From positions 1 through 61,795 of the forward strand of contig CAXGSM010000007.1 of the NCBI GenBank assembly GCA_964012435.1: a stretch of 61,795 nucleotides of DNA, read 5' to 3'. The notes beneath the pieces were generated by a model. It made no database searches. It was not told where the DNA came from and worked only from the letters and a program-made list of their open reading frames with translations. The stretch's first letter is position 1; each line of letters begins with the position of its first letter. This DNA is from an uncultured bacterium (lineage in GTDB: Bacteria; UBP7; UBA6624). Of the stretch, positions 57,750-61,795 are shown piece by piece. The position numbers and the translations under genes are program-made.

Positions 57750-58459
57750 ATAGTGACAACATATTGCAAAGTTTTAAAATTTTTTCAAACAATTTAAACA
57801 ATTTAATTTTTGATAAAGAATTAGTTGTTTACAACCCTATTGATTACGCCTCAGAGTCGCATGGTTTATATTTAAAAAAATATGGGAATGGTCAAAAGAG
57901 AATATTGTTTATGGGTATGAATCCTGGTCCTTGGGGAATGGTTCAAACAGGAATTCCATTTGGGGCAATTCAACCTGTCAAAAATTTTTTAAAAATTGAA
58001 ACAACAATAAACAGGCCAATATTGCAGCACAAGAAAAGACCAGTTGATGGTTTTGATTGTTCTAGACAGGAGGTTTCGGGATCTAGGTTATGGTCATGGG
58101 TCGAAAACCATTGGTCCAATGCTGATGATTTTTTTTCTAATTGTTTTGTGCACAATTATTGTCCATTGGCTTTTTTTGACACTCAAGGTAGGAACATAAC
58201 ACCTGAAAAAATAGGCTTAACAGAAAGGCTTGCTCTTGAGGAATTATGCAGTGAATTTTTATTGAGTCTCGTATTGGCTATGAATTGTGAATGGGTTATT
58301 GGTATTGGTAATTATGCAGAGCTGAAAGCAAAAAAAATTCTCAAAAAGACCCATGTTAAGGTTGGCAAGGTGCTTCACCCCTCACCAGCAAGCCCCTTAG
58401 CAAATAAGGGTTGGTCAAAAATGGCAACTAAACAGATGATCTCATATGGACTGATTTAG
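57746..58459 (+). CDS. SMUG1-family uracil-DNA glycosylase
   Basis: GMNPGPWGMVQTGIPFG, EVSG, NYCPL, HPSPASP. Confidence 0.92.
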   Translation: MNSDNILQSFKIFSNNLNNLIFDKELVVYNPIDYASESHGLYLKKYGNGQKRILFMGMNPGPWGMVQTGIPFGAIQPVKNFLKIETTINRPILQHKKRPVDGFDCSRQEVSGSRLWSWVENHWSNADDFFSNCFVHNYCPLAFFDTQGRNITPEKIGLTERLALEELCSEFLLSLVLAMNCEWVIGIGNYAELKAKKILKKTHVKVGKVLHPSPASPLANKGWSKMATKQMISYGLI

Positions 58460-58469
58460 TTTTTGAATT

Positions 58470-58634
58470 TTATTTTTGTTTTTTTTGCTGGAATGGGGCT
58501 ATCCCAACTATTAAAAAAACCACACCTAGAGCAGGGTTTTCACTAGTGAAAAAAATCATGCTTAGAACAATCATTCCTATACTGTATTGATCTTTTATGC
58601 TTTCTGGTTTTTTATTTTTTTTGTTTTTCTTCAA
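58470..58634 (-). CDS. Small membrane protein (54 aa, below the ORF-track cutoff)
   Basis: TTG start: MKKNKKNKKPESIKDQYSIGMIVLSMIFFTSENPALGVVFLIVGIAPFQQKKQK; TATAAT 11 nt upstream (58646-58651, minus). Confidence 0.55.
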   Translation of the reverse strand: MKKNKKNKKPESIKDQYSIGMIVLSMIFFTSENPALGVVFLIVGIAPFQQKKQK

Positions 58635-58672
58635 GATGTTTTTGTATTATACCGGGTTAGAATTTTTTGGCT

Positions 58673-58762
58673 GGAGAGTTGGCCGAGTGGACGAAGGCGC
58701 ACGCTTGGAAAGCGTGTATGCGGCGATGAGCTGTATCGTGGGTTCGAATCCCACACTCTCCG
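58673..58762 (+). tRNA. tRNA-Ser(GGA)
   Basis: GGAGAGT/ACTCTCC acceptor, CACGC-TTGGAAA-GCGTG, long variable arm, no CCA; TAGAAT at 58658-58663. Confidence 0.95.
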
Positions 58763-58764
58763 AT

Positions 58765-59307
58765 TTATTCCTCTTGAAGTTCCTCCAGGTTTGCCTCATC
58801 AAGAAAGTCTTTAAATTCAGAACCTTCTTGCTCTTCGTGAGTGATTTTCGGTTGTTTTTGTATCAAGGCTGCATATTGAGACTTGTCCCTTCTTGACAGT
58901 TCAAAAACCTCTCTTGTCGTAAAAAACGGCGAATGTGTTCTTAATGCAATTGATATTGCATCGCTCGTCCTGCTATCAAGTTGAATATTTTTGTTATTGA
59001 CAACGATAGTTATTTTTGCGTGATAAGCTCCTTTCTTTACCTTGTCAATTAAAACCTCAACAACTTCATGGTCTGCTATCTCAATCATGTTTACAAAAAG
59101 ATCATATGGAGACGGTCTTTCTTTGTAGTTTTGGGTTAACCCTTCGCGAATAGCTTCAGCTTCTCGATGACCAATTACGACAGGTATGACAGAATCTGGC
59201 TCATCGCTTGATTCAAGCAAAAGCAAATTAGAACCAGGTACAGCATGTATTCCGGTAATCAAATAAGCAACTCTTAACGAGATGCGATCATTTGATTTAT
59301 CAACCAT
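58765..59307 (-). CDS. Bifunctional nuclease family protein (DUF151)
   Basis: IPVVIG..EA.AI, RPSPYDL, LDSRTSDAI..ALR. Confidence 0.88.
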   Translation of the reverse strand: MVDKSNDRISLRVAYLITGIHAVPGSNLLLLESSDEPDSVIPVVIGHREAEAIREGLTQNYKERPSPYDLFVNMIEIADHEVVEVLIDKVKKGAYHAKITIVVNNKNIQLDSRTSDAISIALRTHSPFFTTREVFELSRRDKSQYAALIQKQPKITHEEQEGSEFKDFLDEANLEELQEE

Positions 59308-59746
59308 ATTTTTTTCTTGATTCGAGCCTCTGGTTTTTTATTTTTTCGGATATTGAAGAATCTTCAATTCCTAATATTTGACATGCTAAAAGCATACCAT
59401 TTTTTGCATTGTTTATACCTACAACACCAACAGGAATACCAGATGGCATTTGAACCATCGCCAAAAGTGAATCCATGCCAGCAAGTGCCCCTGATGCAAC
59501 AGGAACGCCTATAACAGGTTTTGTTGTATGTGAGGCTATTACGCCACAAAGATGTGCAGCTAAGCCTGCAAAACCAATCCATACCTTGATATCACCATTT
59601 TCATTAATGGCTTTCTCGAGCAGGTCAGGAGTTCTATGCGCAGAAAGAATAAATAATTTATGAGGTATATCTAATTCTTCTAGAATCGCTATTCCTTTGT
59701 CAGCTATTTTTTTATCTGAGGGTGAACCTAAAACTATTCCAATCAT
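59300..59746 (-). CDS. purE: N5-CAIR mutase
   Basis: GSPSD, SAHRTP, AGLAAHL, PVIGVP, QMPSGIPV. Confidence 0.95.
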   Translation of the reverse strand: MIGIVLGSPSDKKIADKGIAILEELDIPHKLFILSAHRTPDLLEKAINENGDIKVWIGFAGLAAHLCGVIASHTTKPVIGVPVASGALAGMDSLLAMVQMPSGIPVGVVGINNAKNGMLLACQILGIEDSSISEKIKNQRLESRKKYG

Positions 59747-59747
59747 T

Positions 59748-59915
59748 TTAAAAACCGTCCTTATTTTTTTTTAATATTTTGTCAATTTCATTTTTCAATT
59801 TTGCTCTTTTCAAACCAACACTTGATCTCCTAGGTCTAAGGCTTCTCAAAAGTAGTGAAACTACAAATATAAAAGCAAAGAGCATTATTGTCGGCAAAAT
59901 TAATTGACTGTTCAT
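59748..59915 (-). CDS. Small membrane-anchored basic protein (55 aa)
   Basis: MNSQLILPTIMLFAFIFVVSLLLRSLRPRR...KDGF; fills the lpxC-purE gap; TAGAAT 11 nt upstream. Confidence 0.6.
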   Translation of the reverse strand: MNSQLILPTIMLFAFIFVVSLLLRSLRPRRSSVGLKRAKLKNEIDKILKKNKDGF

Positions 59916-59934
59916 ACTAGACTCTGATTCTAGA

Positions 59935-60723
59935 TTATTTTTTGAAAGCTTTTTCTAATAATTTTTGATTTGAGGCATGCCCTCCCCTCACGCTTAAAAA
60001 CTCTCCTGAAAAAAACTTACCTGAAAGATACATATCACCTATCAAATCTAAACATTTGTGTGCTGGAATAAATAAACCAGGTTTGCTTTTACCAATTATC
60101 TCTACAGAATTTATAGCTTTTTTAGATTCATGATTGATTATTTTTTTTTCAAGCAAATTTTCAATCTCTTCCTCAAAGACGAATGTTTTTGAACTTAAGA
60201 TTGTTTTTTTATCATTCTTATCTCCAAGATCAAATGTTTCATAATAAACAGGAATTCGAGAATCTAGATGGTGGTAAAGAATCGTTACCTTCAGCTCTTT
60301 TGATGGTTTCCAGCAGAGAAAAATATCATCTTTTGCGTAAATAAGCGTTGTGGTTGGGGTAAACGTTTCAACTTTTGTATTCAAAAAATTTGCCTTGCCT
60401 TTTTCGAGCATCTCAAACCACTTTAGGCCACACCCATCCAAAATTGGAAATTCAGGAAAATTTATTTCAATCAATGCGTCTGTTAGACCCCAGATTCTTG
60501 CAGCTGCCAAAAAGTGTTCTGTGAGTTTTATATCAGTATCGTTAACCATTACGGACGAACATCTTCCTGAGTATTTCCAATTATCACCAATTCTTGTTGA
60601 TTTTCCGCCAAAGCGCAATATTAAACCTTCATCTCCAGGTGAAATTTTTACTTGTGTTTTTTTGCCGCTGAAAATACCCAAACCATTTGTGGTAATTGAA
60701 TTTCGAATTGTTTTTCTTTTCAT
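59935..60723 (-). CDS. lpxC: UDP-3-O-acyl-GlcNAc deacetylase (divergent)
   Basis: GLGIFSG, TEHFLAA, EFPILDG, HKCLDLIGD, GGHASN. Confidence 0.88.
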   Translation of the reverse strand: MKRKTIRNSITTNGLGIFSGKKTQVKISPGDEGLILRFGGKSTRIGDNWKYSGRCSSVMVNDTDIKLTEHFLAAARIWGLTDALIEINFPEFPILDGCGLKWFEMLEKGKANFLNTKVETFTPTTTLIYAKDDIFLCWKPSKELKVTILYHHLDSRIPVYYETFDLGDKNDKKTILSSKTFVFEEEIENLLEKKIINHESKKAINSVEIIGKSKPGLFIPAHKCLDLIGDMYLSGKFFSGEFLSVRGGHASNQKLLEKAFKK

Positions 60724-60980
60724 TTACTGGCTGGCTCAGACATTGATTGTTCGATGAAGGTTGAATCTTGTTCAGTAAGCTTGTTGTTTTGCAGCCATGA
60801 GTAAATAGATAAAAATATAATTCCAGCCACAGCAAGCCAAATTGTTATTTTCATGAATATTTTTGAAGTTCGATAAATGATGGTAAAAACAAAACCCAAA
60901 ATAGCAATAATGATCAACTCGACCCACTCTCTAGATAATCCAAAAGAGTAATTTTGAAGAATTTCAAACAAATCATTCAT
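60720..60980 (-). CDS. Small membrane protein (2 TM)
   Basis: Hydrophobic ORF overlapping the lpxC start. Confidence 0.65.
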   Translation of the reverse strand: MNDLFEILQNYSFGLSREWVELIIIAILGFVFTIIYRTSKIFMKITIWLAVAGIIFLSIYSWLQNNKLTEQDSTFIEQSMSEPASK

Positions 60981-61019
60981 AATTGTTACAGAATAAAGGA
61001 TAACATAAAATAATTAAAT

Positions 61020-61795
61020 ATGAAGTTAGCAATAATAGGTAAATATGGACAGCTCGCTCAAGCAGCAAGAGCTTATTCTGAGTTTAAAAAGATTGATTCA
61101 ATAAGTTTTTCACGAGATGATTTCCCTATGCAAAGGCAACTTTGTTTTGATGTTCTTGAATCTTTTAAACCAACTCATATACTAGTGGCATCTGCCTACA
61201 CTTTGGTAGACCAGGCTGAATCAGAAAAGGGGTTATGCTTAGCATTAAATACCTTTTCAATCGGAGCCTTGTCGAGTTGGTGTATTCATAATAATGTGAA
61301 ATTAGTTTACCCTTCTACAGATTATGTTTTTGATGGGTCTATTGGTAAATATAGTTTTTCAGATAAAGTTAATCCAATAAATTTTTACGGAAAATCTAAA
61401 ATGCTTGGAGAGATTGAGGTTGCACGAGTGCCAAATTTTATTATTGCAAGAACATCTTGGCTTTATGGAATTGGGTCCAATCATTTTCCAGCAAAGATTG
61501 TCCAAGCTGCAAGAAAGTTCCAAGAGCTTGATGTGGTTGATGATCAGATTGGTTCACCAACATATGTTTTTGATTTTGCCCAAAGATTGATCGATTTAAT
61601 GCAGGGCGAATTTAAAGGAATTATTCACATATCTTCAACAGGAACAGCATCCTGGTTTGATTTTGCTTGCAGGCTATTGAAGCTCAAATCGATTGATGTA
61701 AAAGTAAATCGTATTTCCACACAAAGTCTCGCTCTGCCAGCAAAGAGACCAAAAAGATCGATACTGTTAGAGGAAAGGTGGAGTGATTTAGGCTT
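61020..61795 (+). CDS. rfbD: dTDP-4-dehydrorhamnose reductase (runs off the window end)
   Basis: My translation: MKLAIIGKYGQL, AYTLVDQAE, STDYVFDG, YGKSK, RTSWLY, DQIGSPT, AKRP. Confidence 0.92.
   Translation, partial: MKLAIIGKYGQLAQAARAYSEFKKIDSISFSRDDFPMQRQLCFDVLESFKPTHILVASAYTLVDQAESEKGLCLALNTFSIGALSSWCIHNNVKLVYPSTDYVFDGSIGKYSFSDKVNPINFYGKSKMLGEIEVARVPNFIIARTSWLYGIGSNHFPAKIVQAARKFQELDVVDDQIGSPTYVFDFAQRLIDLMQGEFKGIIHISSTGTASWFDFACRLLKLKSIDVKVNRISTQSLALPAKRPKRSILLEERWSDLG

Noticed and set aside
58537..58552. 16-bp palindrome TTTTCACTAGTGAAAA as parS or operator
   Set aside because: Does not match parS spacing, is AT-rich, and lies inside a plausible small ORF; not excluded but unsupported.
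37323..58762. tRNA-anchored genomic island or prophage
   Set aside because: No integrase and no truncated tRNA 3' duplicate seen; shared 3' sequences belong to complete tRNA-Ser paralogues.

Overview
AT-rich, extremely compact bacterial chromosomal segment: about 65 CDS, many with overlapping start/stop codons, and 4 tRNA genes (Pro-GGG, Ser-TGA, Ser-GCT, Ser-GGA). I found no rRNA, CRISPR array, integrase, transposase or prophage gene. A Terrabacteria-like rpsP-khpA-trmD-rplS-lepB-rbgA-rnhB block together with LPS genes (kdsA, lpxC, lipid A acyltransferase) and a DUF3084-like gene suggests a streamlined diderm heterotroph rich in peptidases (inference). Content includes an MrpA-less Mrp antiporter operon, pentose-phosphate and pyrimidine genes, a pterin operon and cell-envelope sugar genes. 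Most notable: (1) a three-gene DNA end-processing module, Fe-S PD-(D/E)XK nuclease with an OB-like tail + NurA + HerA, heading a housekeeping operon; (2) a recurring symmetric 10-bp bidirectional -10 element (A-N3-TA-N3-T) apparently driving leaderless transcripts at four divergent junctions; (3) two CpG-rich alternating purine/pyrimidine tracts in divergent intergenic regions, one centred in a GC-rich patch; (4) two active/pseudo-enzyme paralogue pairs (M14 peptidases, amidohydrolases); (5) a CsoR-type operator before a DoxX protein with a Cys-rich tail; (6) a phoD / dUTPase-like / MBL / SMUG1 operon. All family calls come from motif recognition by eye, not database searches.
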